A stretch of DNA of 64,000 nt from Amphiscolops sp. MND2022 (taxonomy: Eukaryota): positions 52,764,001 through 52,828,000 of the forward strand of contig OZ076409.1 in assembly GCA_964187785.1 (NCBI GenBank), in the 5' to 3' direction. The position numbers and the translations under genes are program-made. Below the pieces are notes generated by a model. That model worked only from the letters and a program-made list of their open reading frames with translations, made no database searches and was not told the origin of the DNA. Below are positions 1 through 14,600 of the stretch, piece by piece (position 1 is the stretch's first letter; each line of letters starts with the position of its first letter).

Positions 1-1001
1 GAACACTTTTTTGGTGCTTGGAAAAACCACTTGGCCTTAAATCTACTCTTGATTTAAATCAAAATTCACCTTTCCAGTTTGAAGAGGGGAGAAAGAAAAA
101 TCGACCGCGGCAAAAAAATCTTATTTTCCAAAAGAATGGAAGATGTTAAACTTGAGAAGCTTTTAGGAAAAGGTAATCACCTGATAAGAGCAAATGCATC
201 AGAGGTCGTACTCAGCATTCGTGAACATTTTTCACAAAAAGCCAAGCCCTTAGTATCAAACCTGTGACCCATTGCAGTTCCACTGGGGTAATCGGTAAAT
301 TACCTTATATTTTTTCAATTCTATTATTCAGAACATGAAAATTGCTGATGTCATTCTGTGGCATCTCAATCAGAAGTAAAGGAGGTATTGTTTGTAATTG
401 TTGCGTACATTGTTGCGCTTTTCGAGAACGTTAATTCTCATGTAACGTCCAGCAGAAGGAGTATGGCCTAGTGCTGGGAAATTGCTTAGGATGCCTAGGC
501 AGGAGAATCTAAACACTAGCTTGTACCCAATAATGGACTCCTGGAAATAATTTCCATGTCGAAGAAGATCCTCATTCTAGACTCTGGAGCGGCATGCAGG
601 CACACCCGAAGTCCGGACACGTCCTCCAAGCATTCAAAACTGTTCCTAGGCTTCATTGAGTTCCTACATGCTTCTGAAGTATAGAGAAACTATTTTGTCT
701 GAAATATATTAATTTGAACGTTTTTCACAAAATATGTTATCTAACAAATACATCTCACCGTAAAAAGCACACAAAAAAGTCCAGAATCACGTTTTTAGTC
801 TTCTTTCCATTCTACGGCTTCTTTCGAAATTACGCTCATCGTGCCAGGTCTCGCTGAGACCTGCATGAGGAACAAATTTGAATTTTATTCCGAAAAAGCC
901 AAAATACGCAATTTATTAGCAGATTTTGCTGAAATTTCTCATCTTCTGAATCTTCTTTACTCTTTCTCTGCTTTCAAGATTCTGGGAGTGTCTTCTTTTT
1001 T

Positions 1002-1443
1002 AGTCGGCGCTTCATGAAGTGAAACGCGACTATAGTGACTCTTTTTTTCAATCCACACGCACTGGCCAAAATAGTTCTTGAAAGTTCTACGAAATTTTAT
1101 GGTGTCAAATTGAGGCATTTGGCCCAAAAAACTGAATCAAAAAGGTTTTTCCTTTTTATTCCGCCGATCACACAATACCGAGAGAGACTAAAAGTCCCAC
1201 TTTTAGTTTTCTGTCGGCGTTGTGAGACAATTTTTCGAAAAAAAAATTTGTCCTCAAAGGGTCCTGCTTCAATTTTTTTTGATGTTTTGCGACAAAAACA
1301 TTGAAAATTCCAAAAAGGTCCTTCTAGCGCGCCAATTCGGTCCACTTTTTGGGTTTTTCGGGTACAATATAAAAATACTTAAGAATTTGAAGTCCTTATT
1401 TTGGAAGACCTTGCTATTTTTGAGCCCTATATATGGCGCTGAC
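1002..1443 (+). mobile_element. Helentron/DINE-1-like non-autonomous element (its 3' end continues at 2640-2660 after the LTR insertion)
   Basis: 5' AGTCGGCGCT..CGCGACT partial hairpin, AAAGGGTCC internal motifs, 3' TTTTGAGCC..ATATGGCGCTGACT subterminal inverted repeat followed by a short stem-loop and TT. Confidence 0.6.
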
Positions 1444-2634
1444 TGTCACAAGCGGCCGCCTGTAATGGGAACATTTATTCAATAAGCCATAACTACCAAC
1501 GGGCTTACCCAATACAATCCCATTGAACTAAAACACCCTCTTCCAAAACGGTGAACCATTATATATTGTTACTTCGTTTTAATATGCAAAATGTTGCTTA
1601 TGTTAATTGCAATCATGTTTTGATTTAATACCGATACTAGACACCAAGTGTACAAGCGAGAAGGAAACGAGTTCAAATGCCTTCCCGCTTGGCGTGGTGG
1701 ACTAGGTGTCCAAATTGCTGTCAGTCAGACAATCACGGTGCAGTGTCATTAGAATCAAAGAATTATTTTATTCTGTCACAATAGCTGACTGAGTCGTTGA
1801 GCCGTACACATCCTAATTATTTTTAGTAACATGACGACACTTCGTTCAGAGATGTATCAGATTAATGATAGCAAATACCTTGATCTATTTATAGCTCGAC
1901 GATCATGGAAATTACGGGTGTCATTCTGGCTTGGGTAATTATACCCGAAACAAAGAGGCCTTGGGACAAAAATGTAAAAGTTACCTGAAATCCAGTCTGA
2001 AAATACCACGTTACGAGAATAATTAACGTGTATTTTGTTTTTTGTGTAACGTGTAAATTAACGTGAAAATTTTTTCCTCCTGTATAATCTTTTATGCGAA
2101 GGCAGGAGAAAGAAAGCGAAAGCTAGAAAATCGAGGCAATTGGACTTGTTGTCTGAATTTGAGAATATGGACGTAATCTTAGGCGATGAGAATTCAAACC
2201 TCTTTGAACAAGAATTGGCAACTACTGTTAACGGGTTTAGTAGTAGAAATGACACTGAAGCCTCTTTTAACAGTGGAAATTCATCACAGGAAAAAGAACT
2301 CAGGGATTACAACGTTGAGAACGTAATATTTAGAAGGAATATATTCGCGGAGTCCATGGAAACTTTCTCAAACGAAATAAACATGAGACTTTCTCAGGAA
2401 ATGAATTTCCTGATGTCCATGATGCATCCTCAGCTTAACAGGGCCATAAGCTTATTCCAGCGATCCAAAATATCATAGGAACACTGTTTTCAGGGCATAA
2501 AGACACTGAGTCCAGTTCGTCTACTAACAACCAGGACAGCAATGAAGCAACAAATGGGTTTAAAACAAAAATGACAAAGAAGGACTCTAGGTCCGCAATT
2601 GACTTAAGAGACATTGATGACCTTAGTCTTTACA
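1444..2634 (+). mobile_element. Solo LTR (1191 bp) carrying a gag-N-terminus-like ORF
   Basis: Starts TGTCACA, ends TTTACA, flanked by a perfect 5-bp TSD CTGAC (1439-1443, 2635-2639). Removing it restores the 3' end of the host repeat (ATATGGCGCTGAC|TAATGCCGATCCCAACTTGTT). Contains ORF 2140-2478. Confidence 0.85.
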
Positions 2635-5600
2635 CTGACTAATGCCGATCCCAACTTGTTCTCTTTTAAAGTGAATTTGGGTAACTCTCTATCTGCAAGG
2701 AGACACTGAAAAACCCATCCGTACGTTGCCGGTGGTTTTAAAAAATATTTCAAAACGCTGGTCTTCAAGCTGCTTGACGTTACATCATCTTTTTTATTGT
2801 GCTTTCATTTGCTTCCCCTTTGTTCATTTTCGAAACGTGTTCAAAAAGATCATCTGTACTTTCTTTGTTTTTTTAAAACGTCTACTGCCATTGCTGGACT
2901 TTGTAGAATGATCTTTTCCTTGCATATGCTAAACGTTTGCAGACAATATCTAGCTGAGCCAAGTTACCATTCAAAACGGTGTGAAGTGTTTAGGAATCGA
3001 AATCGCGGAACAGAGTGAAACTTTTATCTATCATACTAAAACTTTTGGGAAAACCACAAAGCTAGCACTCAAAAGAAACTAATATTTTCAGTCATTTTAT
3101 AAATTCCAGGAAAAGAAGCAAAATCTAGACTATGGAGATGATTAGGTTGCCTGCACAGGAAACAACTGTCCTACACTATTCTAAACATTAGTTTATACCG
3201 AAAAAGAGTCTCCTGGGGTGAATAGTCTCCTTTTCATGCGTCGAGGAGGCTCGTGATTTTAGAGCTCTGGTACGACATGCCGACACATACAGTTTTTACA
3301 AGTCAGGATACGTCCCTCCAAATTGCAAAAAACGTATTTTAGGGTTCTTGAGTGTATCTACCTACTTCCCATGTCTGGAAATGGCAATTAGGCAAAAAAT
3401 ACTAAATTGACTGTTACGTATGAAAATAGGAGATTTACTATACCATACAACTGCAATCACCTGATGACCAAAATACAATTACAAACTACCGTTAGTAGAA
3501 CATTGAATCAAGACCACCCTGACCTGCGAAGCAGTCCAAACTGTGTAAAATATTTTCCAATATTTTTGTGTACATTCAGAAATACTGAAATTTTGTTTAA
3601 TTTTGTATACACTTTCGTTAAAAGAGTGTATTTATAATCCAAACGACCTATTTCGCCAAGCAGTACGCCTTTCGTACAAAAACTGGCAGCTTTCTAGTGA
3701 AAAAAAATTACAGATTGACCAAAACATTCGTATTCAAACAAGTTTCCAAAATTTGACGTTTTTAGTTTGCAAATTCTGTAAAAGTGACAAGTGGTTTTGT
3801 GTGTTTTAATAATAAAAATATTAGAAACGGTATCGATTAGTTTTGTTTGGGAAAACTGCAGTTTCTTGTAACAAATGGACTTGAATGACTCGAAATAGTC
3901 GAAAACGTCAAAACTTTCCGACTTTTGATATATTTAGTGATTTTTATTTCAAAACTAGAAAACGTCGGTGAGTTGAAAGGTTTTGACAATTCCCTACAAT
4001 ACAACTAGGTTCACAGCACGATTTCATTGGACAAGGTTGTAGTTTTTTGAAAGAGAAATACCTCAGAAGGACCCAAAGCTTTCAAAGAAGATGGCGTTTT
4101 TATACTTCTTTTATCTGTTTTTCTCGGCAATTCCGAGGCATACAAGAGTTAGAATTCTCAACAACAACTTAGACCGGTGACTAGTAAATGGATTTGTTTC
4201 TGTAGAAAAAAATACAGTTCCGTGTTAGAATCAGCCTTAAAAACACTAGAAAAACCAAGAAATACAAACACCACATCTTTTCACAACTGAGTGACAATTT
4301 TTGTTCAAATCATGAATGTTTTTGTAGAAGAAAACATTACTTGACCTGAACGTTGAAACAATAGGCTGTTCAAAACAATACCTGCGAAAAGTAATGGGGA
4401 AAAGTTTCTCGAAATGGAGGACAAAGGAGTAAAAAACTTCGAAGTTTCTGGTTTTTCGACCACATCCTCCCAATGTTGAACATTTTCTGAACAATTTCTC
4501 GAATTAGAAAATACAAAGGCTCAATCAAAGCATGTAGCTACCAGTACGGATTCCGAAAAGAAATTACACTACTGCAAAAACAATTACAAAAAATTTTAAA
4601 ACGAAATTCCTCGAAAACGCAAAAACAATTTCAAATTTTGTATTGAATATCCAAAATTTGTTAGGCTCCAAAAGCAGTAACTACATAGCCATTACGTATT
4701 TGACGTTTTCATGCAATTATTGTAAAATTTTTGAGTTGCTTCGTGGGTAAGATTGCTGTAAATATTCACCATCGTTTGAATCCGATATTCAGCAAGCTTT
4801 TTAGAAAAGATGTGTGCAAATTCTGGTTTGAAGAGCTCGTCAAAAGGACCCAAAGGAGTCGAACGTAACAAATTTTTCCGTTTTTGAAATTTATAGTGAC
4901 GTTTTGTGTACATAAACATAACATTTTGGTAGGTTAGGTACTGATATTCATTTATTTCAACAACAGAACAATTCGGTGCTCAGCGTATTCTTAAATCGCG
5001 TATTTCTTTTACAAACGGTATAAGATGAATCAAAAGGTGTCAAAAATTTCATTTTTTAAAACATATATGCATTTTCATTGGATACTTTTGAGCCTGAAAA
5101 TTATGTCGTAGTCGAACGAACAGTTTGGGGTCAGCGGACAAAAACTAAGTTTCCATTTCACGCCTCAACTATAATCAGCGTTTTTATAACTTTGATTCTT
5201 AGGGTTAGTAGTTGTTTTTAGTAGGCGCCAGTGAAGTATAGACCAACTATTATTGTCGCTTCCAGCTGGTTTTTTCAAATCTACTAGACCTGATCAAAAA
5301 AGTTATACTATATTTCTAAGATCCGAAGAAGCCCAAAAAACTACAACTATTTTGATTTTATGAACCTTTTAATTTGAATTACTACGCTTTATTTTATTGA
5401 ATTACTGAAATAACCAGAACGTTTTTCGGCATTGCGACTGGTCTCATTTTTGTTTTGGTTTTTCGAAGACGTTTCCAGTGCGAAAAAAGTCTTTTTGAGC
5501 TCAAGGGGCCCTTTTTAATTATATATTTCAACATATTAGGTTTTTTGTGAGTTTTTTTGCAACAGGTTTTAAGCGGTTTGAAGTACATTGCTCTTTTTGA

Positions 5601-6153
5601 CTGAAGCCGAGCACCAATTTTGACAATTCTCATTGGTGTTACTCAATTTTTATGTAGAATAATGATAAGTTTATGATTAAAAATTTAATTATTTCTGTTG
5701 GAAATAAAAGTTTAATGAAACACAAAACACGAGAAAAGCCCAAGAAATTCAGTGCAATTAAACTTGAAACACGCCAGTTTTACTTTCATTTGACAACTGA
5801 CTGCTCATGGATGCAAGAACTCGTGTTTGTTGTTTTCATTTTGAATATATTTTCAATGTTCATCTCAAATGGCAAGTATACTTTCTGTTTGATCACCCGA
5901 GTTTCAAATAAATTCATTACCGGTCAAGAAATAACTTGACCAGAAACAAGATTAAATGGGAATGGGACTAATTTATGATTTAAGATGAAAATCGTAGAGA
6001 AATCATTTAAGGCAAGATGAGCGTTAAAACACTTTAACATCGATGATAAATTATGGAGTGATTGATAAAACTCTTTTTAGAGAAGTTCAAAAAACACTCT
6101 ATATCACTTTGTCGGCTGTATTTATCATCCCTAACACTACATCAATTTGAGTT

Positions 6154-6184
6154 TTGAGAGAGAAGAGAGAGGAGAGAGAGAGAG
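6154..6184 (+). repeat. Imperfect (GA)n microsatellite
   Basis: gagagagaagagagaggagagagagagag. Confidence 0.8.
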
Positions 6185-7831
6185 TCTTTTGTTGCTACGC
6201 AAGTACTGCTATATAATTGGTTCCTAGAAGTTAAACCGCTAGGTAGTTGGCCGAAGAATTTAACAGTTTCAAATTTTTCTCAAGTATTGTTCCTGACAAA
6301 TTTTGAATGATTTTTTAAAGGTTTGTTTCAAAAACTGCTATCTAAGCAGCTAATATGTCTTGACTTTTCGCGACAAATTTTCGAAAAAAAATAAAACAAC
6401 CGCCCCATTTCTACTTGAAAACTTTTGAACTTTATTTTCGGCCCAAGTAGACAAACAAGGGGATCGGCTATTTTTGAGTCGGTTGTTTCATTAATACTAA
6501 AGCGTTTGAAAGCGTATCCACTTTAAATACGTTTTACGTGAACTTTTAATGGTAAAAATTACTCTTACCGTTACTCTAACAATAAGAACTTGCTAAGAAT
6601 AAAAAAAGTCAAAACATTTGAATGAAAAATCTCGATATAGAAACCGTTTATTAATCTCACAGTGGAAGATGGACAAATTTGGGGATTTCACTGCCTGTAG
6701 CTTTCAACTTTTTAGCAGTATGGAAGCCGGAGGAAGGCGCATTGTGGTTGTATCTTCGATCTACAACTAATAAATTATTCTTGTCTTTCAGTGTCGAAAA
6801 ACTTTTCATTTGAAAGCTTCATTTTTGAACCTGTTACAGCAACGAAACAATATATTCAACTGCGAAAGCAAACAATATTTATTCAAATGCATTGTATCCA
6901 CTTTAAATACGTTTTACTCGAAGTTTTTACGGTTTTATGAAAAAAGTGAAACTGCAGTTCAGTATGGAAAAATATAAAGCTATTGGGAACTAATCTGCGA
7001 GGGTCTCCACAGGACAAGCCAACCGAACCAGATAAAACTCTGTGAGCAGATGAGAAAATTTCTATTTATAGCGGAATGTTTGAAGAGAGATATTATTTAT
7101 ACATTTAAAGCTATTAGTTTCCATTCTTCTACAAAACGAAAACAAAATTATTTTTTCGACTGTGTTGGGTATACGCCGAACAAGCATATGGTCGTTTCTA
7201 AGTCGGCACCAAATTTTTCGCTATAGCAAGCCATGGTTCCAAATAAAATTTGTTTTGAGCTAGTTTTTTTTGTTTGTGTTGCTGGAAGAAAAAAGTTTAA
7301 CTTCTTTCCGCTTCTCGCTTGATTTCCTCCGCCAAAAACGTTATGATTTTGCCATGGTCATACCCCTAAGCAAAACTTTAAAGGACACTGGACACGCAAA
7401 TCATCAACGGACGGAAATTCGAACTCATTACAGCCGCAATTGAAGCTGAAAGCAGCAGTCACTACACCAAGTGCCCAAAATCTGGAAGAATTATGTATCA
7501 TCATTACATGAGGAACACCATTCAACATCAATTGTAACCCTCCTCCTATTGCTAACCTTCAGACAACAAGACAATGATTGAAATGAAAAGTTGAATGAAA
7601 AATTGTTTGAAGGTATTTTATCGTGACGAGTGTGTCTAATTATATGCAATATAAAAATAAAAGGTTCAATATTAAACAAACTACTACAGTGTAGAGTGAA
7701 ATTGTTTCTTTGGAACTGAATTACAGTCGTTCAAAAAACATTTTCGACATTTTCACCTCAAATTTTTTTGCACAAATCCATATTGATGAAAAACATGCCG
7801 GTAACGGTAAAAGTCGGTGCCCTGCTTACAG

Positions 7832-8817
7832 CCCTAGTTTTTTAGAATCACAAATTTTACAAAATTCGTTCTAAATTCTTACCAATTATGCATTTCTTAC
7901 AAGAATCTTACGAGTTTGTACAAAAATCGCAAATTTTGCAAGTTTGTTACAGTGTTGAATAGTCTGATAACAATGTTACAAGAGTCCGATAACATTTTTG
8001 CAAAATTTGCATCTGTTTGTAAGAAATTCTTACAAAAAATGCGATGTGCTTCTTCGACCAAAAATTCGTTCAAGATTTGCTGGACCCATTTTGTGTCTTT
8101 TTTGAATAACTTCTCAATTGGCCAGCGACGACTGAAGAATGTAAAGTTAATGAGATTTTGATTCGTTTTTAATGAATCCTAAAACTGGTTCAACATAATA
8201 ACTTTCTCACTCCAACCTATGATCTTCCTCACGTTTTTTTAAATAATCTCAAGGGTGTTCATTTCTCTGTTCTTTCAGTTTTGATTTTTGGTGTTTTACA
8301 TAATTTTATTTGGTTTTTTTAATTGTATTTTTACATAATTTCATTTGGTATTTTTAATTGAATATTTCCTCTTTTGCAGCCGTTTTAGAGAAAAGGTTTG
8401 AGCGAGAAACAGTTTGAGAAACAAAAATTATTCGATAGAATAGCGTCTAAAATCACCGTATTTTGGTAGGATAAGGTCCAAAAACACTGTATTGCACTGG
8501 AATAACGTCTAAAATAACTTTTTTGAGAGAGATATGATCCTTTTGTTGCGAAAGGCTAAGGTTGAGAATATGGAAATGGCATCATTCATCGCTCGCATAA
8601 TTTTTTCTGATTATTAGGTTAGGAACGACTTTTTTTCAGAATTCCTTTTAGTGGAACGATGCAAATTTTGTAAAAGATTTATGCATTTTTGTACCATTTT
8701 CAGCTGAAAATTGCAAATTTTGCAAGAATCTTGTAAGAGTTAGTGTCAAATAATGCATTTTCTTACAAGAGTTTTTGCAAGACTTTTGCAAAAGATGTGA
8801 ATTTTTTTCAACTGGGG
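7832..8817. mobile_element. Non-autonomous TIR element, CCC...GGG termini, 2-bp TSD (CMC/EnSpm-like)
   Basis: CCCTAGTT...AACTGGGG with TSD AG/AG and subterminal CTTACAAGAATC/TTGCAAG repeats. Both ends are shared with 28753-33689. Confidence 0.65.
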
Positions 8818-11691
8818 AGGTCAAAACGCGCTAAATCGCGTATCTATACCGTCAATGTACTGTTTTTGAAAAACTTTCCACTCTTTGCCAAACAAACACA
8901 TATAGCTCTCTAGTTTGAATGAAACCTTTAAAAAACGGAAGAGAGGACCCTTCGAAACATCTTGGCTCACTTTAGATCCTAGAGTTTTGTTGAATTTTTC
9001 TACAGGATTAAAATTGATGGAAAAATATTTTGAAAATCGGATGAAAAGCAACTATATTAGTTGCGTTCTGTTTCATAAAACATCGACTGAAAATCGAGCA
9101 AAACCTACCCGGCGTCTGTCTTCTTTGAAATATTTCCAAGAACATAAACACTGAGAGGGCGATCCATGATCTTGATAAGATTTCCAAGACAACCAAAGTC
9201 TCCTAAAATCTACCCTAGTTTTTACAGATAGTATTCATATTTTTCATATTGTCCCGGTATTCACAAAAAAAACCCAAGCACTTACTAATAATTCTAGCCG
9301 CCAAACTTTTAGGCTCTTGGCAAAATATCTAGTACAAGAACCTTGGTTCCTACAAAACTTTTTATTTTCCGGAAACATTCTATGAGGGAAAAATTGATAT
9401 TAGGGTCCTTTTTCTTACAAATTTTGCCATGTTTTAAACTTATAATCATATATATGATTTCTTGAAAAAATTCAACCTTAAAAAACTAAGTTCTTAGCAT
9501 GTTATATGGATATCTTTGAAAAATTTCTGAAAAATAGTTCCTACAATCAGAAAGTGCCAAATTGCCTCAAAAAAGCAGAAATGTCTTGTTTCAGGTTTGT
9601 ACGTTTTGAATACGTTTCATATAGATGTCCACCAATTCAGGAATTTCACCCAATTTAGGAGTTTATGAACCATAGTTACCATGAATAAGGAAAGGGAATT
9701 GACTCACCCAGAAATTTGTCGAAGAATTTTCTAGTACAGTCATGTTTAAAACTCGATGGGTTTCGGTTGATCGAATTGAAATGAAGTTGAAATTTACTGG
9801 CAAACGTTTCCAATTTTGCGCCTCAATTGACAATTTGATTTGAGCTCAAACAGTCTTTGAAAAATTCAACACTTTGTACGAATATTGACAGTGTTGTAAC
9901 TTTAACAGTGCATGATTTCTAGCAAGTTTTGACCAATCGAGAAAAGCACAAACAAAAAATGAGAAACTTAGGTAGTTGAAATTCGCTGATTAAAGAACAC
10001 TCTGAAGTCCAATGAAGTTTTAGCAATTTCCAATTTGAGTTGGGGAAAAGGCACAAAAGTGATTTAGCATTGGTTGCCTAATTTGTCCGTTTTTGATAGC
10101 GAATGAAATTACACAATCATTCAAGAAATATGTTCCTTTAAATAATTTCCAGCGTCGACGACAGCAGTCATAGAATCACCTCCAAAAATACTAAAATAAA
10201 AGTAAGGTTGACTGAAATATAGTAAGGAATCAGTATCTAATTTCAGTTTATTGGTCATTCTCTGGTCTCTATTTTCTTCGTATGAATGTAATTCATCACT
10301 ATTTGGAAAATATTGATAAAAAACGGGCTAAAAATTGCAAAATATGTTCTCACAATTAAGAAAACGAAGCCATTGGTTTAAAAAAAATTCATCTGGGCAT
10401 CCTGAATGACTGACTACTTATGGCTCCATTTTTCCGAGAAAGAATACTATTTCACTGCTAATCTAGAAGTAATTCTAAAAACCGCTTATTTGCTGTTTGC
10501 AACTATTTTCAAGAGCTTAGTTATGTATGAAATCAGCGTCAGATCATCTATCGAATTCAACGACGAAACAATAACCTCTTTGTACGCTTCCATGAATTAC
10601 AGTTTGTTCAAAAAGTGTCACCAGGAGACTCTAAAAACGCAAATCTTTCCAAAACGTTCTAATTTTTGAACCTATAATTGCATTCCTCCTGCGCAAGAAA
10701 ATAGCTATCCAGCACGCTTTTTGGAAAATTGACGTTGTTTGCCTTGAATATTCCACAACAGAACGAATTTGTTCTCTGTTTTCGAAAGTGCAAAGCAACA
10801 TTTGTATAGTTTTTGCTTTTTTTTTAGTTTTTGCAACTCACAGATTTTGCAAAAAAAACGATTTCCATTTTAACCTTTTTCTTGAGAAGAGAAACCCTGC
10901 AAATAAATAGGCCGCATAATGCTCGAAAAATGCGTGAAACTGTAAGAAACTGCATATGAAACGAACCAAGTTAGATTCTCCATCATCAACTCACCACCAT
11001 CAGGTTTCGAGCAAATCGTTAAATCCTGAACTGATACTGAGAGAAAAATTTTTTTAAAAAACCACGACCAGAAATCAGAAGAATCTTAGCGAGGCACTTC
11101 GAAATTGAAATTGTTTGACCACGTAGCTACAAATACAGCGCTGCAGTTTGGGATGATAGTATCCGGAATAGGCACTGTTGTAGAAAAGCAGAACTACTTT
11201 TTTGGCTTCCAGCCAGCGAAAATGGGGAATTGAACTTTTGTCTCTTCTTCTCATCTATCGACCGTTTTTCAGAGCGGGTTAAAAGTTTTCGGATGTTTTT
11301 AGTTCAACAACTAAACAATTATCTATTAAGCATACTCTTTTTTGTATAAAAAATATTTCCAGAAAAAGGTTTCAAATGAATCACTGAGATTCCAATTTTT
11401 AATTTTGTGACCGTTTTCGAACTTTTTGTACATTTTGGATGTTTTGTGTATGAGTTTCTACAGTTTTCAACAACAAATCAGTTAGCAACATTGCCTGCTC
11501 TTCATTATGGAACAATAAAGCAATTTAATTTTACAAAAAAATCTGTTTTTGGAATATTGTTTTTGATTGAACTTTTTGCAGTCTTGAAAACATGTTGCTA
11601 AATTAGTCCGTAGCGGAAAATATGCCGCTGCGCAGCAGATTCCTTGTTACAGAAAACAACGGGGGCAGACGAAGGATCATATTTTCTGTAA

Positions 11692-14600
11692 AGTAACGGC
11701 ACCCTCTCAGACAGCAAAATCAGTCGATATTGGAATTTTGGATTTGAACATGTTCAGAAAAATTCTGAAAAATTCTAATTCGATGTTTGACGTGGCACTG
11801 AGCATGTGATTGCTCTTTTCGTGTTTCAACGAAATTGGCAGGTACTTCGACAACAAAGAGCAAGATCGAGAAAAAACATAAGGCCAGCTGCCCGAACAGA
11901 CGCCAGAGACTGCAAAAACCTCTGAAATTAGACTCTTTTGAAGGTGCTAACCTTGATTTCAGCAGTATGCTACTTTAAGTAGCGAAAACCGTAAAAATGA
12001 GTCTTTTCGTCTAATTCACAAATCTGTGCCTGTCCCGGGCAAATACCCATATCATGTGTTCCTTTAGCTCTTATGGTTACGGCGACAATGGCGAGAGCTT
12101 GTCGTTACATAGAGAAATCATTTTTTGGCGACCACAGAGGGATCGCTTCGAAGTGCTTCCCTTAATGGTTTTAAAAGAGCCGACCCTCTGGTGATTGACG
12201 CCAAGTACGACCTGGCTCTGGTTGGAGATGTTAACGCAGAGTTTTCCTTCATTTTTTAAAGTTTGATGTATTGACAGGTTTACTCTGGCAGGTTTTCTAT
12301 CCGTTTTTTAGGTGACTTTCCCAAATACCGATGGTATATTAGTAAACGGTATTTGTTGTCTAAAATTGCAAGGTTCCCATCAGCGGGTCCTCTTTTTAGA
12401 AGCGTAGTGGACAGTAGCACGTCGCTACTGGTGTTTAACAGGTTTTTCTAGCTGTTTTCAGTGATTTGCGCTTATGTACGAGAGGTGAAATTGATGGGTG
12501 AACCATTTTCCATCCGACTGATAGATGAGCTGAAACGAGTGTTCCCGACTCTCCTTCCCAATTTCTCGTGGAGACGTCCTAGAGGGATGGTTTTTGATGG
12601 AAAAGTAGAACAAGTGCTGACGTTGCCGACGGTTCAAACCGTTTCTCTCTAGCTGGTCTGGGTGTTGGGAAAAAAGACGCCAAATGTACCACCCCTCAAT
12701 CCAGAAGTATCAGTTTTTCGGAGTATGGTATAAAAAAACTTTTCGATTGTGCATTTTTGATGGGGAGTCGCTTTTTCATGCTCGTTTTTCCCTGCTGCAA
12801 CTTAGTGTGTGCTTTTGCAGCCGTTTTCAGTGAGAAAAGTCCGATTTTGGCTGCGAAAGTAGCAAAAACGTCATTTTTGGCATTTTTGAATGTTTTTCTT
12901 GGTACGAGCGCGAGCGCTCTAGATGTTAGTCACAACAGTTGCAAAAATGTATGGGAAGTAGCCCAAGACCTCTAGGGTGCTGCTACATAATGTATTGTCC
13001 ACCAGAAAAGGCGTTGGAGTCCATTTTTGGACGCATTTTGTATGAAAAATCCCGATTTTTGGCAAAATTGACAAAAAACCACAATGAAATGCTACCGGAA
13101 GAATGCTGGATAGCACTGCAATTGCCTCTTCCGTGCTACTAAAAGCTTGGGGCACCTTTCACGGCACAGAATTAACGTTTGAGTAGTTTGTTTACGTTTT
13201 TGTAACAGATAAACTTTGAAAAACTTTGATTTTTAGTCAGTGTCAGGAGTGTCTGAGTACACAATTAAAACCCCTGGGCACTCTGTCTTTTTGTTAGCTA
13301 GGAGCTTCCATTTTCTGTTTTTACAATAAAAATAACGCATGGTGGTGAAAAAATGCACTGATTTCAACCAAATTTTCATAAAACCGGACTGTCCAATTGC
13401 TAAGGTCGGGTCATTGATTCTTCAACCCTAGCTAAAAATTGGTTGCATTTTCTTAACCACCACAAAAATTGATACTAGTGCCAAAAATTTGGTGAGCCTA
13501 GCGCTGACCAAAGTTGAGAAAAGCTCTCTGACGTTTTGACATCAGAAAGAGCTAAAGTAGCCGAAAATTTCCAAAACTGTAGGACCGACAGTGCCTCATA
13601 CCTAACGGGCACGGCTGATTGAGGGCTTTTGGCAGTGCTGTGAGTAGTGGGGCAACACGTTGACCTTATTTTGCTTGCTGTAACATTTGTAGTGTCGACC
13701 CTCTTAGCCAATTTATGAAAAAAGTGTCAAAAAAAGAATGTTTTTGCTGAAGTAGTGTCTGTACTCAGTCGAAACCCTAGGAAAGCTCGCGAGCTTTCAT
13801 CGAACCATTGAACCAGCATTTTGAGTGCCCATTGGCAGCGCTTGCCAAGTTTCAAGCCAATTGGTTCAATATTTGTTGAGAAATTGGCAAAAACGTACTG
13901 CACAAAAAGAGGTGCAAAAAGGCAATTTTTTTGAAATTTTTTTGAAAAACCTGAACACCTTAATCGAAGAAAAGTAGGGACAAATTGTAGCCCACCATCG
14001 TAATTTGTGCTACTTGGTGCATTGTTAGAGAGAATACCGAACCGCTAACTCATACCAGTGCTTAGAAATTGTATAATGAGCGTGCATTTTGACTCCTACT
14101 GAGACATAGGTGTCTGATAGGTGACCGCACGTCTGTACAAAGGCGAAACAGTGTACAAGCCTCGGAACCCAAATACGTGCTCAAGTCCGTGTACCTACGT
14201 GTGTGTAGGATCCTCTGGTCAATTTTGAGCAGGATTCAACTCTTCAGTGACGAATTCGAGCCACTTGTCTTTTTTTTTGTACTCCCCGAAAAAGTTCAAA
14301 ATTTGTTGTAAACGTCGCGTGATTGTCTTAGCGAAAGTTTAGCTGCAAACCAAACTCATTTTCTGGGCTTGTCAATTAATAACAACTGCTTGAGTGAATT
14401 TGAACTCGCTACGACCCCTAGATGTGATTTCGACCCATGTGAGACGTGCATACCCTTATTCTGGCTTAAGTCCTCACCGAGACGAAAACTTGGAAAGTGG
14501 GACAAAACCCAGTTTTACGTGTTGGAAACTTGTGAAAACCCCCTGGTCTGAACTCCTATTTGTGAATTCATTGCTGTACGTGCAATTTGTGGTCAATATC

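Noticed and set aside
5673..5939. Possible Polinton/adintovirus-like protein remnant
   Set aside because: Only a vague resemblance; not supportable without a profile search.
6660..7590. Exon-like GC-richer islands (also 450-680)
   Set aside because: Could not build a phase-consistent, recognisable ORF.
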